A stretch of DNA of 64,000 nt from Camelus ferus (lineage: Eukaryota). Both the position numbers and the translations under genes were made by a program. Positions within the stretch are counted from its first letter, which is position 1. Every line of letters begins with the position of its first letter. Under the pieces are notes generated by a model. It worked only from the letters and a program-made list of their open reading frames with translations, searched no databases and had not been told where the DNA came from. The DNA lies in NCBI RefSeq assembly GCF_009834535.1, contig NC_045696.1, positions 31,746,001 to 31,810,000 on the forward strand, given 5' to 3'. Shown here one piece after another: positions 23,854 to 38,089 of this stretch.

Positions 23854-26809
23854 TTATAAAAGTTTAGCGATTTGTATCTTTCTCTCTTTCTCTCTCCACA
23901 TGTGTGTGTTTCTGTTATATGTAAGGCATAGATATGTATACATGTGTGTGTATGTGTATATATATATATATACACTCATATGAGAGAGACAGAGAAAAGG
24001 AAACAAAGGGAGACTTTGATAACACTTTAAAGTCATTTCATTCAGTACACATTTATGCAACATATTATATGTGCACTCTAGGGGATAGGTATAAAGAGGA
24101 ATAATCTTGAACCCTTTCCTTAAAAAAAAAAACTCCCATTAGGAGAGATTATAAAGAAAATGTTATAAAAGTAGTAAAAACATACTGCTATATTATGATC
24201 AGTTGTTTTGTCCCTTGTGAATTATTGTTCCCTATAGAAAACATCTGTGTTGAAACATTTCTGCAAAGAACAAAAGAAGGGCTGCTCTATTAAGTTTGGA
24301 TAACAGTAAGTCTGGGAAAAAATCTTTCGGTTGCTCCCTAAGCTAATAACACAAAAATACAGGTTACTCAACTTTCAAGATACAGAGGCCACTCTATTAC
24401 CTATTGGATAATATCATATGGGAAAAATTTAAAAGGAGATCCTAGCTACATTTCATCTTTTTTTAAGCTCTTTAGAGGTACAGCATGTAATTACATAGTA
24501 TACAAAATGAACACTAAATAACATATCTTTTATTTATTGACAATCTTTAAGTATATTTAAGTTCTTCATATCTGCTTTTATCATTACTATTCTGAATGTC
24601 CATATGAGGTTCAGGGCAGAGTTGATTATTATTTATTTTAAAGCAATTATCAACTGTGTGGTGTCTCAATTTCTTACCCCAGGTGTGCTATAGTGAGTCA
24701 GATGTCATAATATACATACAGATGACACATGGACTCTATAGGCAAGAAATACAGAAAAAAACTGAATCTGAATCTGGAAATCAAAATACATATTGTTCTC
24801 TTCACTTCTCAAAAAGATGATAGAATAACTTTTGCCTTAGGGATGGGATCCTAGGCTCTTCCTCTAACCAGTGGGACTATAAATAAACTCTAGGGGACAG
24901 ATTAGACTGCTGTCTTGTTTTACAATGCAGGAAGTATGTCTTCACTATCACACTCCCTTCTCCCCACCAGTGTAAACACATACCTCTGGAGTTTGGCGAA
25001 GGTCTCTTAAGTTTTTTCATTAGCTAACTATACATGGACTTGTAAATTAACTTCTAAAGATTGCCCAGGTCCCAAGTTTCAGAAACATTAGATCAAAAAG
25101 CCTTAGCTATGCAGGAAAAAAAAATGCTTCATTTACAATTCCACAGGTTCATATCCACCAGGTCCCTTGTGAGCTATTTTTAACCCTGTACAAGAACTAC
25201 TTTCATTGGTTCGGTGATATTTATCTAAAATTTTAACAAACTGAACACAAATTGATGGTATGCTTTCTTACATAACATGTTAAATGTTTGCCAGTGTTTT
25301 AGGATGTCTTTTGAAAGGGTAGAGAGAGAGAGAAAGTGAGATAGAGGGAAGAAGGAGGAAAGAAGAGGACAGGGAGGGATGGTGGGAGAAAGAAAGAAAA
25401 AAGAAAATTAACAAAACGAACTACGAAGAAACTAAGAGAAAACATAAAGAAGAATATTTTTTAAAATCCTGTCAATATACTTTCAAATTGTATTTATTTA
25501 TTTGATTATTTATGGATCGACTGATACTTATATGTTGCTTAATCTGTGGCAGGCACTGTTCTAAATGTTTTAAAAATATTAACTCAACTAAGAAATAAGA
25601 GAAAATCCTGTATATGTGAAACAGGAAGAATACCCTACTAAGCACATTATTGTAGTTTATACAAACCTTTAATGTTATTTAAGTTTGATTTTTCCAATTA
25701 AACTAAGCAACACAATTTTTTTAAATTGTGTTTTTTTCCTAGGATGAGAAAAATATATAGCCCAATGAGAGATTTATCTTTGTTTTCTATGAGCAGAGAT
25801 TTCCAAATAATTAGTGTTTTGCAAGATTTCCTTTGGGTAAAGTGGAATCTGCTTACACAGTTTAGCTGAAAATTCAGACTATTTCAAGCAATGGAGTTCA
25901 GTTATAATGGAAAGTGAATGTGAGTTTACAAGAAAGGGTAGTAAGAGAATAGAGCATGAGTCAAGTTCATGCTTTTGAATACAGTATCATTAAAAATTTA
26001 AACTAAAGCATTTTACTAATTTTACTTAACCTTTTTAGCCACTGCAATTTTGTGTGTGGCAAGGGAGCTTTCTCGAGGCATAAAACAGAAGAGCTACGGT
26101 TAATTTTACAAATTGCTTTAAAAAGGTCACTTATGCCTTCATACCTTTTAAAATCTGTATTCAGAAAAATAATATATTTGTCTGTCAAATTTTTAAAAAT
26201 TTCAACTATAGCATGTAGATTTGAAATTTATGTACATGAATTTTTGGTGTTCTAGCATTTCTTTCAATTATTTTCCAACCAAATTTTTATATACAGAGTC
26301 CTCCATAAAAACTCTGAATGGTTCTTTGCCAGTGTCTGTCTTATTGATAAATTATAGCTATAGATCCTTTCCAGGCTCTGCTATTGTAGAAAATTCCTGT
26401 GTTTTAGGGCACTGTTACCAAAGATATTCAGAATAACACTCTGTCGTTATAGAAACACAAAAAAAGGGAAAGAAAAATAAAAGGGTTTTTAATACAGGCC
26501 TATATTCTGAGTACAGGGCGACGTTTACTAAGAACATAGTCATTGAATGGAATTTTTCTTACAGAATCACAAAATTAACTTCCATGGAAGATAAGAAGAG
26601 TAAATCAATGAACACAAACATAATGAACATATAACCAACCTGGACTTCAATAGATGATGTGGGTGTAAGAGGAGGAAAATAAAGTAAGGGAGATGGTCTA
26701 TATCTCAATCAAGACTAATAAAACATTTACTTCTACAAGTCAGCGGTCCAGTATAAAAATAAGTTTCAAAAATTACTTTATTTTCAAGTGAAACAAGAGA
26801 CATTCCTGG

Positions 26810-27030
26810 AATATTGTGGATTATTTAAGATCACAGACTCTAGAGCCATATTGCCTTGATTAAAATCTGGGCATCTCTCCACTTAGCTGTGTGGTTTAAG
26901 GCAACACGATAACTAATCTAAGCCTCAATTTAATCTTCTGTAAAACAATGTTAATGAAAATGCCTGCATCTTAAGGTTGTTATCATTTTCAAAACGCTTA
27001 TAACAGTACTGAATATAAAACAGTATAGAG
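26810..27030 (+). mobile_element. MIR SINE remnant
   Basis: 'gactctagagcca...ccacttagctgtgtgg...aagcctcaatttaatcttctgtaaaa' resembles the MIR core. Confidence 0.7.
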
Positions 27031-27081
27031 TACTAGATATCTGTGGTTAAACTATTTTGAATTTCTTCATCAAACTCTAGT

Positions 27082-27386
27082 GACACTAATGAACTCATCT
27101 ACAAAACAGAAACAGACTTGCAAACACAGTTAACAATCTTATGGTTATCAGGGGAAAGGGAGTGTGAACGGATAAATTTGGCAGTTAGAGATTTGCAAAT
27201 ATTAACTGCTGTATGTTAAAATAGATAAAAACAAATTTCTTCTTTTGGCTTGGGGAATTATATTCAATATCTCGTAGTAACTTTTAGTGAAAAAGAGTAT
27301 GAAAATGAATATATGCATGATTGGAACATTATGCTATACACCAGAAATTCACACATTGTAACTTACTATACTTAAATTTAAAAAAT
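27082..27386 (+). mobile_element. Young LINE-1 3' UTR only
   Basis: Aligns by eye with 1865-2166 (atgaactcatctacaaaacagaaacagact...acacattgtaact). Confidence 0.92.
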
Positions 27387-27464
27387 TCTTTTAAAAGTCT
27401 TCCTAATTTGTGGTGTTTAGAACAGATACAGGTACTTCTGGTATAACTGGATAAATGTGGTTCC

Positions 27465-28075
27465 TTTATTTTTATTTTTATATTTTTAATTTATTAAAGT
27501 ATAGTGAATTTAGAATATGTTTCATGTGTATAACACAGTAATTCAACATTTTTATAGATTACACACTATATAAAGTTATTATAAAATATTAACTATATTC
27601 TCTGTGCTATACATTATATCCCTGACTTATTTATTTTATAACTGGCAGTTTGTACCTCTTATTCCCCTTCACCTATCTTGCCCATCTCCCCATGAAAATG
27701 GAAAGAGATCATTCTTTTTTATGGCTGAATTATATATATATATAAAACCACATCTTCTTAATCCATTCATCTCTTCATGTGCAGTTAGGTTGCTTCCATA
27801 TCTTGGTTATTATAAATAATTCTGCTATGAACACTGGGTGCATATATCTTTTTGAATTAATGTTTTCATTTTCTTTTGATAAATACCCAGGAGTGGAATT
27901 GCTGGATGCTAGGATAGTTTATTTTTAATTTTCTGAGGAACCTTCATACTGTTTTCCATAGTGGGTATACCAATTTACATTCCTACCAACAGTATACTAG
28001 AGTTTCCTTTTTTCTACATCCTCACCAGCACTTATTATTTCTTGTCTTTTTGATGATGGCCATTCTGACAGGTGA
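27465..28075 (-). mobile_element. Older LINE-1 3' end with internal deletion
   Basis: T-rich tail followed by reverse-strand L1 motifs (aaatacccaggagtggaattgctgga; ttttccatagtgggtataccaatttacattcc). Confidence 0.88.
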
Positions 28076-28120
28076 GCATCAGCACGATATAGAACTTTGA
28101 AGGATTCAGATAGAGCAGAA

Positions 28121-28658
28121 TGTACAAAGCCTCTGAGATTTTACCCTGCCTCTAAGCTAGCAAATTAGCCTGCTATAATTTCATGTAGCTATATTGTCAG
28201 ATGAACACAAGATCCCTGAGCCAGAAGAATAGACCATTTATTATTCTTAGCAAAATCAGCAGCTTAAGCAATTTCCCCTAATTAAAGTGCCACAGAATGA
28301 GAGCCAGTTGTTTACCTGTGCATGCAGGGGGTTGTACTACAGGAGAGGAAATAAAACTGGCAGATTAGTTTTATATGGGACTGCTGGTACAGCCGTCTAC
28401 CCCATCTTTCAGAGAAAGAGATCTTATTCATTAAGGAATTCTCTTCCAAGGGAAAGAGGGGAGGAATTTCAAGATTATTATCCTGGAGTACAGGCAAATG
28501 TGTTGAGAGAGAAGAGAAGAGTTTTTATCTCCAAATCTTTCCAGAAGGATTTACTATCTCCAGCTTGCAAGGCATGTGTACTTATCAAGTATGTTCTTGG
28601 CTCAGAAGGCCTGGACTACATGGCCATGGAGAAATCCCTGGAACATTATCTCTCAATA
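28121..28658 (-). mobile_element. ERVL solo LTR (LTR41-like group, family uncertain)
   Basis: 'tctgagattttaccctgcctctaagctagcaaattagcctg' terminus, related to the + strand copy at 42172-42695. Confidence 0.65.
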
Positions 28659-30579
28659 CTATTGCAATTTTGGGGTCATTTTGTCTAAATATTTTTACCT
28701 AATTAAAATCAAAATGCTTACATAATTTACATTTAAAATACTTTTTTTTTCAGAAAAAAGCAAAACTCTATTACAGTTTTATTTTAACTTTAACAACCTA
28801 ACAAAAAACACTGAGCTTATATATAAGCAGTCACCTTGGCACAGAAAATATCACCTAAGCAGTAAAGAGGTAGGTTCTCTTCCATGCGCATACACACACA
28901 TACACACACACAAAATATGAGTTAAATATAAAACTAGCAGAGAGAGTTGTTCAAAGGACTCCTGAAGTCCTACTAGTCACTTGTGTGCTGGGAATGAATG
29001 TGTTTTATCAAAATATGTTTGCTATAGTAGAAGAAAACTGTCCTTATAAAATAGTTTTGACTTCCCCGGCCTCTTAGGTAACTGGATAAGCAGCAGGTGG
29101 AGATGGGTTAAATTGTGAAGAAATCTGAAGCAGGAAATAATCACTGGATAAATCCAGACATAAGATACCCTAAATTTATTTGAACACAGGAGTTTTTTTT
29201 CTCACAGAACACATACTAAGAGCCTGGAAATACTGTTGGGATAAAAGATACTACAAAGCACTTATAAGCATAACCAGATAGAATAGCAATTAAAATATAA
29301 TTTTATTTGGAATTACGGAAAGAAAGAACACATTTTCAGGAAAAAAAGGTTCTCAGGATTCAAGATGAGCCATGCTCAATGAGATGAAGCTCTTTACTTA
29401 CTTTGGTTTACTCAATCTAGTATTTGTTCCTCTAATCTCTTTCACCTCTAAGATGATGCTGTTGTAAGAGCAGCATTTAAAATTTATAGATCTATGCTGA
29501 ATTTGGGGTCAAAAATATCACATGCAGGTGTTTTAAATACTTCCATGTGTTAGTTATGATTGACCTGAACTTAGTTTTTGTGCCCACTTCCTTCAAGTAT
29601 GTCTTCCTGAATCATGAAGTTCTGAATCCTAGAAAGTGATTTCCCAGAACACTGTGCAATGAGGATTCTGAATGTTAATCAATGTTTCCAATTAAATACA
29701 TTCATGTAAAATTTAAGGCAACTGCTTTTTCCCTAATCCAAGGATCAGGACAAGATCTACCTAAATAAATTCCCTCTCAATTTTGCAAGAAGTCAATGCC
29801 TCAAAATTGGAATGTGGAAACTGGCCACTGCTGCCTTCACTACCCACAAAGTTATAGAGTGAGAAGTAGGACATTATTGAAGAAAACAACATAAACTATA
29901 CCAAAGCAACAGGGGAATTGTCTCCAATGAATTCTGCATGATAACCTCTTCTGTTCCCCCATGTTAAAATAACTTCCTTCTCCTATGCTCCCACAGCTTA
30001 TGTAATCTGTACATAAGCCATTTGTGTCTTACTCCCATTATAAACTGTAAAACATTTTGAACAATATAGGACATTTTACTGTGGAGATTATCGACAGATT
30101 TATTCTTACCCAGGAACTTCTGCCACTATCACTAAACACTCAGGCCAAAGAGCAGATATGAATTCCAAAAGAGACCAGTGTGTTCTTACCGAGAGAGTAA
30201 GTGGATACCGGGTGAATGAAAAAGAAAAAGCTTACTACACTATGCTGTAGCTGAAGATTTTCACAGAATTCTGTTCTACGAAATTTATAATCTTCCCAAA
30301 TTTAAAAAGATTGTTTATTGAAACTCTGCACACATTAAGAAATTGTAGAGATGACCCTTACCATTGAGAAGCAAAACTGTTAGAGAATAGAATTAGGTTA
30401 AAGTGTGAAAGAGATGACCATGATAAGCTGGTTGGTATTGACAGCAGAATCAAGTGTTGGACATAATAATGAACTGTCTTAGAGGTACTGCCAGTATTTC
30501 AACATGCGCCATATTGCATAATATAAATCTCTGATGAAATGGACATGTTCAGATCCTTCAAGTATCTTCTTGTTAAGAC

Positions 30580-30926
30580 TGTTTTCTTAGTATATTTGAC
30601 AGAGACTGGGTGGCTTATAAACAACAGAAATTTGTTTCTCATAGCTCTAGAGGCTGGGAATTCAAGATCAAGGTGCCAGCAGATTCAACAGCTGGTAAAA
30701 GCCTGCCTCATAGTTCAGCAATAACCATCTTCTTGCTGTATTCTCATATGGCAGAAGGGGACAAGGGAGCTCTCTAATGTCTCTTTTTAAAAGTTCAGAT
30801 CTCATTCATAAGGCTCCACCCTCATAATTTAATTACCTCCCACTAAAGTTCCACCTCCAAATATTACATTGGGTGGTTAGGATTTAAACACACAAATTTT
30901 GTGAGCACACAAACATTCAATTTGCA
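30580..30926 (-). mobile_element. MLT1A-like MaLR solo LTR
   Basis: 'gactgggtggcttataaacaacagaaatttgtttctcatagctctagaggctgggaattcaagatcaaggtgccagcagatt...cacaaacattca'. Confidence 0.9.
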
Positions 30927-31034
30927 TGAATTGTCTTCAGTTGATTTTCATGCATTACCAACTCTAATGACTGACCTATGTTCCAGCTATGGATTTTACC
31001 AGTAGAGTATTCAAACTGAATCCTACCTATTCTC

Positions 31035-31062
31035 AAAAAAAAAAAAAAAAAAAAAAAAAAAA
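31035..31062. repeat. Poly(A)28 run
   Basis: Uninterrupted A run. Confidence 0.95.
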
Positions 31063-32379
31063 TTCAGAACAACGTAAACTCAAAAACATTCTTGAGAAAC
31101 TGTTTCCCATGGAAATCAAATGGGCAAAGTCTTCATTGGTTTAGGTCTTTCATATAAGATCAAGTCCATAGTTTCTGTGGACTGGGCACAAGAACTGACA
31201 ACATGCTAAAAGTCTCTGGCCTCTCTATGTGATATGAGTCTCTAACAGCTGATAACACATACTGAGAATGGCAGTCCAAGAGAATAAGGGTTTTTCACCC
31301 TTTCTGAGAATCACAGCATAGCCTTAATTCCATCATCACATTTATTAGCTAGACATATAATAGTATGATTATGTGTCTCAAGATGAGAGGAATTTAACAA
31401 GAAAAGTCAGACTATTCTTAATCTACACAGTTGGTCAATAACTAATTACCACAAAATATATACTGATATGAAGAAATTAAAGCATATTTATTTGCAGTCT
31501 TTCTCCTTAGGGTAAAGAGTGGTCCTGATTTTGACAGCAGCTTACAGTATATAGTTTGAGAACATTTTCTCTTAAGAGATTGAGTAGTATTCTTTATAAA
31601 TACACTCATATAAATGTCTATGTGACTGGACAGTCAGAGGAGAAATTACAAGGTCTTCTTTAAGAGACTTTTTTTCAGGTTTATCAAAGAATTTATTTTG
31701 TCATTGCATGGCTGCTTTTCCTCCTTACTGCTTTGTTTCTTCACAGCCTACTACAAAGTTTAGTAGCTTCTCTTAGATAAAATTAAATCTGTCATTCTGT
31801 AGGCATTTATACTTTGGAAGGATAAAAACAAACAAATATTCACACAATTTTATTAAATTGTGTCCCGAGTACTATATTAGGAACCAAGTAGATGCTGCTT
31901 TTAAAAATTAACTTTCATTTTAAATGAAATCTATCATACAAGAAATATTTGAATTCAGAATCTAATTCAGAAAATTATTCTTGCAAAGCCCATGTCACTT
32001 TGTACATATTGATATCCTAATACTGATCACACTGAATTATAATAACATGATAAGAAGTTGGTCTTCCCCATTTCCAGCCTCGGATTGTGAGCTTCTAGAG
32101 GACAGAATCTATCTGATTTATCTTTCTACTCCTAATGCCTACGCCAGTACTCAGCACATAATAAATCCTCCCTAAAAATTTGTTAAATGAAGGAATGAAC
32201 ATATCCATTAGATTTTTTTTTTTAGATTTTTTTCTCCCATCTGCATATTTGTCAAGTGTCTACTACTCACACAGGAATCTGATGAAAACTGAAACATCCC
32301 CCAATGACCTAATTTTAAATGTTCTTCTAATTTTATTTATCTTCTTACATAGTTTAATTTAACTTCTTATTTATTCTTC

Positions 32380-33170
32380 CATTCTTCAAGAATTCTTTAA
32401 ATTCTTCTTAATTGAAACTTCCAAATAGTTTTTTTGCATATACATTCATATGTAATTGGGGCTTTCCCCCCTCTTTTCCACAGTTGCCTGGACATACTGT
32501 TTTGGGACCTTCCTCTAATATATCTCAGAGACTTGTTCATATCAGAAAATAAAAGACTTTTTACATTTTTTAACAGTTACATAACATCTCATTGTATGAA
32601 TGAAAAAAAAATTTACTGATTCCTCTATGGATTGGCTTTTAGACAATTTTGTGTTATAACAAACAACAGTATGAGTGGATAAAATTTTACAGGTCAATTT
32701 TCTATATGTGGAATACAGTTTGTGGAACAAATTCTTAAATTGAGAATTGCTCAGAGACTGACAGAGACTGCCAACTTGCCTTCCACTTGAGTTGTGCCAA
32801 TTTACTCTCCTACCAGCAATGAATGAAAGTTGATAGTTTTTATGAATCATTGCCAGTAGAGTGAGCTATCAAACTCTTGAACTTTTGCTAACTGTAGAGG
32901 TTAAAATGGTATCTCAATGTAGTTGTAGTTTATATTTCTCTTTTAATGGGTGAGATTGGATATCTCTTTATATATTTAAATGTCTTTTTCTTGTTTTTAA
33001 GCTTTTGTTCATTTTCCCATTTTGTTAGAAGGTAGCTGTTATTTTGCAGGTGGTCTTCTTATGGTAGAGAAAGAAGCCTGAAAACTGATGTCTATGATAA
33101 TGTGCTGTAAACATTCCCCAGCTTGTCATTTTTCATTTGATTTTTGTCTATGGTATTTGCAAGTGGTAGT
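32380..33170 (-). mobile_element. Old L1ME-type fragment
   Basis: 'gttgtgccaatttactctcctaccagcaatgaatgaaagtt...aaaatggtatctcaatgtagtt' are reverse-strand L1 ORF2-end motifs. Confidence 0.75.
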
Positions 33171-33971
33171 TTATTTTTGTTTATATATATCATATATATC
33201 TCAAAACTGATCAGTCTCTAAATGGTTAAAAATACAGTGTTCCAAACAAAAATATAGAGTCACACTATTCTGGAGTTTTTATGGCAATTTTACTTGAATA
33301 TAAGGGTATCTAGCACTCTTGCCATTTACCTAAGAAGATATTTTGCTAAACAGTAATTGCAAACCATAAGTACTATAGATACTTTGATGAACTGATATTT
33401 AAACTAGTGTAAAAAATATTATTAAATAAATGGAAAATCTTAGCACAAAATTTAATGGTAAGGTGAAAACATGAATTAAAAGTTTTAATCTTTTTATTGG
33501 TCAGTTGTCCAAAGTTTAGAAAAAATAAACACAGTCATTGCTTTAAACCATAACTTCATCAAACCTGAGCACCTTAACTTAATTTTTTCCCATTTATTTT
33601 AAATCTAACCTAGATTTTACAATCATTCCAAAAAGTCGAATCAAGGACTCGCCTGTTTCTGCCATTGTCACATTTATAGAAACAAGAGCATGCTATTTAG
33701 GCCCTTTAAATTGTAATAACCACAGATTTACTCAGTCTTCCATGAAAAAATAAACCGGTTTAGGATGCCTATGAATTGGAACAGAAATCAAGGATATTCT
33801 AGCAATACTTCCCTCCAGTGGCATCTATGAAATATGTCTGGTGATTTTCTTCCTGCCTCCTCACCCTCTTTGTGTTCCAATAGCCAAATTCTAGTTTATT
33901 CAATTATCACCTTTAGCTCTACTGGACAGAATACTTGGTCAAATTCAAGGTACAATGGGCTACCATGCATA

Positions 33972-33987
33972 TAGTGCCCCCTGGTGG
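33972..33987 (-). promoter_or_regulatory. Near-consensus CTCF motif
   Basis: tagtgccccctggtgg reads CCACCAGGGGGCACTA on the minus strand, compared with the consensus CCAC/GCAGGGGGCGCTA. Binding is not shown. Confidence 0.65.
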
Positions 33988-36439
33988 TTAAATGAGTTTC
34001 CTCTGGTAGGCGAAAAAAATGCAGATGGAAGGAAAATCGAAGCAAGGCTGATCAAGCACACTCCTCACAAGTTAAATTAAAATACCTAGACTGTCTTATT
34101 CTATCCATAACTACCATAGTTGATATTCACCTAAATCACAGAACTTCTTCAATCTGTCAGAAAAAGCTAGCCTATATTTTTACATGTCCTCCAAACTAGC
34201 TCTGACCATTCAAGGGTGGAACATAAAAGAAAGGTTGAAAGAAAGTCATTAAGAGATACAGGTTTAAAAAAAAAAACCTAAAAATATACTTGCTGCCATA
34301 GATGATTTAATTCAGTGGTATTAGAAATAAAAGGAAGTAAAGAACAGTAAATTAAAAAATAAGTAGGTTGATTAATGGAATGGTATTTTCCCCTTGTTAA
34401 AGGAGTAGCTTCCTGTTTCAGTTCCAGTTTTAGGTATTTGTTTAGCTCTGGCATCATTATGAAGAAGTACTGTCTTTCTCCCTCATCAGTGCATGCTTCC
34501 TCATGTAATTCATTGGTCAGAAATATGTATTACACTATCTTGAAACAATGTGTAGCTGTTCACACTGGTCTTAATCTGTCTCATTCTTTCTTTCTCTCTC
34601 TCTCTCTCTCACATACACATACACACACTGCATCTGAAAGAATCACTTTATCATGTGACAGTGGAAGAAACAGTACTACACGGAATTACAATAAAGAATA
34701 CATATCACATGACTTTTTCTGTAAAATCCCAGCATAACGGAGTAAGTTAAGGGCAGATTGTTCAGTCTTGACTATGCACTTACATATAAAGGTAGATTTA
34801 GTAAAGCAGAGGGAGGTTTAGTTCCACCATCCTCATTAATATCACTGAAAGCTTCATACCTAAATTTTCAAGTATTATATTTCAAATGTAACCTGCTGTT
34901 GTTTACTTTCTGACCTTTTTTTCTGGCACATTTATTCTCTATGTACAGAATTGTATTAAAAAAAAGACTGAATGGATTCTCCCTTGGAAATATAGCAGGT
35001 GGTATGATTAATATAGAACCGTGTGGTAAACACGTTGTTTCCATGTTTAGAAAAGAAATCATATCCTATGAATTCAGAATGAAATATTTTGGTTTCTTTT
35101 AGTATTAAGTAGAAAATTATTTTTAATAATTATTCTTCAAATATTGATGCATTGTTTTCAGAAGACATAAGATCATTGGATTCTACATATTTGAGATTAT
35201 ATATATTAAAAATAGCTGAGACCTTATTACCAACATTTATCATTAAACTGGTATGTTAGATTCTATTGAAGGAAAGCAGGAAAAGAAATAAAATCCAACC
35301 AGCTCAAGAACAGCACTGTGAACCTGTGAACAATCTCCAGTTATTTTCAGAAACCATTCTAGGGAGATTAACAAAAGACCGTAGTTTCCCCAGGAAGTAC
35401 TGGATAGAGATACTGAGGGAAATGTTCCAATAAACTTCAAGTTAGTGCTATGTATGTATTCCTACCTGAGGTGAATACCAATTAAATATGCTTTAAATGC
35501 AAACTGACTTTTCTTTTAGTGAAAAAAGGTTGAAAGTTTTAAGAAATACCTTTTTACCTTTCGTCTTATTAGAAAGGATGATGAGTTCCTAGGGCATTTG
35601 AAAAAATAATCCAAGCTGGAAAAGATTTTTAAATGACCAAAAGAAAACTAAAAACAGTATAACAAAGCTTATGTCATAAAATGAAGAAATACATGACACC
35701 AAGGAATTGAGAAACAATACTCACATTACACAGTAGGTAGTACTTACATATAGTCACTGGCCTCCCTGGAAAAGCGACTAGATTCCTCCAATGTGTAGCA
35801 GCAACTTCCACCCAAAATGCTAAAATTAAAAATAAAACAGCATATTGAAGTATGCGTAGGTGTGGGTTAACTATGACACTAAACATACAAATAAAATGTT
35901 AAGAAGACAGTGTTAAAAAGCATATTTTAGGGGCTCAGGAAAGATTTCTCTGATAAGTGAACAATGGAGCTGAAATCATTTCCTTTATTCTCTCCTTAGA
36001 GCTCCAACAGCTCTCCCATTCTCATTTTCATAAGGTGAACTTGCACACTTTTTTTAAACTGAGAAAACAGAATTAATCGGAAGAGAAATTCCATAAACTC
36101 TTTTTAGCTCTGCATAGCTACAAATTATTTATATACATATCCTTGTCTTCCCTTGTTACTACAGATAAGCTCTTTATTCTTCTTTCAAAGGCCAAATATA
36201 CATCTTGTGAACTAGATTTTATTATTTCCTGACCATCCAGGACAATTGCATGAGCAATTCTGTTTTCTCTCCACTAAATCTCCACATTTTAACTTTCTCT
36301 TCTATTATTCCTATCATAATAATCATGTTATTTATTTTGTTCCTACCAGCATAGTAGAAATACTGCACAAAATTACTAATTCGTATTTATTTCTTGATAT
36401 CCAAACATGTTCTACCAATTCTTTCTCTTTTCAGTTATG

Positions 36440-37080
36440 AACTGAGGAGTAAGAAAGGACTGAAAGGAAAAGGAACTTGAGTTGTTCTATCTTGCCCCTT
36501 CCTCCTACATCATCACTTTCAGCATAACTGATTGGCTAATATAGAAAAGTAAGATGAGTAAGAAAGGATACAAAGTTTCTTCATTATTTTTGTTTCTCAG
36601 AACACCACTGCCTCTATGTTCAAACCAAGGTCTATTTGGAAAGGAAATCTTGAGGGCTTTCTCTGTTCCCATTTATTCAATAATAGCCATGTTGATATGG
36701 AACATGAGCATACAATTCCAGTGGACCCCTGTCACACCTGTGGGAGTTCAGTAAGTGAGTACAAGGAAAATGTGTTATGAAAACCAGTGACTGTGAGTTT
36801 GCTGAACTTCCACTCGCAATGGGTCGCTAGAATTCTGTGTTCATGTGGATTCTTAACAGCTATATATGAACAGAATGGAAAAAAATGAAGGAAGTGTGCA
36901 TATTGTGCTTATCTCTCCTCCACTCAAGCACATGATCCATTGCTACATCAGACCTACAAAACACAATGAAAGATAAAAGTATTTAAAGACGGCAAAACAA
37001 AGCATTATACCAAACAAAGTCCTTCTGAGCTTGTAGCCCTGTGCAACTCAACATATCACATATCCATGATGCTAAATCAG
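36440..37080. mobile_element. MER45-like hAT-Tip100 DNA transposon inserted in L2
   Basis: End 'gccctgtgcaactcaacatatcacatatccatgatgct' resembles the MER45 terminus. L2-like sequence lies on both sides. Confidence 0.6.
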
Positions 37081-37925
37081 ATGACTACCACATATAATCC
37101 ATCAGCACATTTTGTTGGTTTTACCTTCAAAACGTATCTTCAAAAAATCTGACTCCTTTTCACTACGTCCACTGAGACCATCTTGGTCCAAACCACCATG
37201 ATCTTTTACCTGGTTTATCCCTCTACCTAACTAATTGGACTCCATACTTACAGCCCTGTCCTTTCACATCTTCTCTTCATTGTATTCTATTCTCAACACA
37301 CCTGTGAGGGTGACCTTTTAAACATTAAAAAGAGATTGCATCATCCTCCAGCTTAAAGTTTTGAATAATTTGTGATCTCAGAGTAAAATCTAAACTTTAC
37401 AATAGCCTAGAAGGTTCTATATGATCTAAGCCTCCATTTTCCCCATGACCTCATTTCTTCTACTGTCCATTCCTTCCAATTATGTTCAGCTCCTGTAACT
37501 CTGCCTTCTTTCTCATTCTTTGAGCATACTGCACATGCATATTGAGCATTTGCCCCTGACATTCATACTGATACTCCTTCCTGAAAATATCTTATATTCC
37601 TTCCTGAAAATATCTTAATGACTCATTTACTCAACTTCATTAAATTTTTGCTCAAAAATCACCATCTCAATGGGGCTTTCTCTAACCTATTTAAAATTGT
37701 AAAAACCCCTACTCTTGCACTTTGTTTACCTTCTTAATGCATCTTCAAAATATTTACCACTTTCAAAACATCCAATATAATTTACATATTTTTATTATTA
37801 CAATAATATAACTACCATATGGATAGCAATTTTTATCTATTAGGCTAAATGTTTTATCTTTAACATCTAGAATGTTGCCTGGTATATCAGATATTTACTG
37901 AATACTTACTGAATTCTATTAATGG
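37080..37925 (+). mobile_element. L2 LINE 3' portion
   Basis: 'ttttaccttcaaaacgtatc...ggtccaaaccaccatgatc...ctattctcaacaca...ctagaatgttgcctggtata...atacttactgaat' are L2 3' motifs. Confidence 0.75.
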
Positions 37926-38089
37926 ATATACTTTTGATTTGTGCACGTGGTATTACTTGAGTTTACCCATTAAACTTTGTAATATACCTGCTTGTATATG
38001 ACAGCATAAAAATCAGAGTATGTTTAAAAAAGCACATAAAAATTTTATAAACCAAGAACAACTGCTCCAAACACTGTAGATCACATAAT

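Noticed and set aside
24688..24699. ctatagtgagtc resembling the reverse T7 promoter
   Set aside because: Only 12 bp match and there is no other vector sequence, so chance is the likely explanation.
28287..28688. 133-aa ORF
   Set aside because: It lies within an ERVL LTR, has a non-ATG start and shows no protein-family features.
31035..31062. Poly(A)28 as a retrocopy tail
   Set aside because: No upstream poly(A) signal, retroelement body or TSD that I could find.
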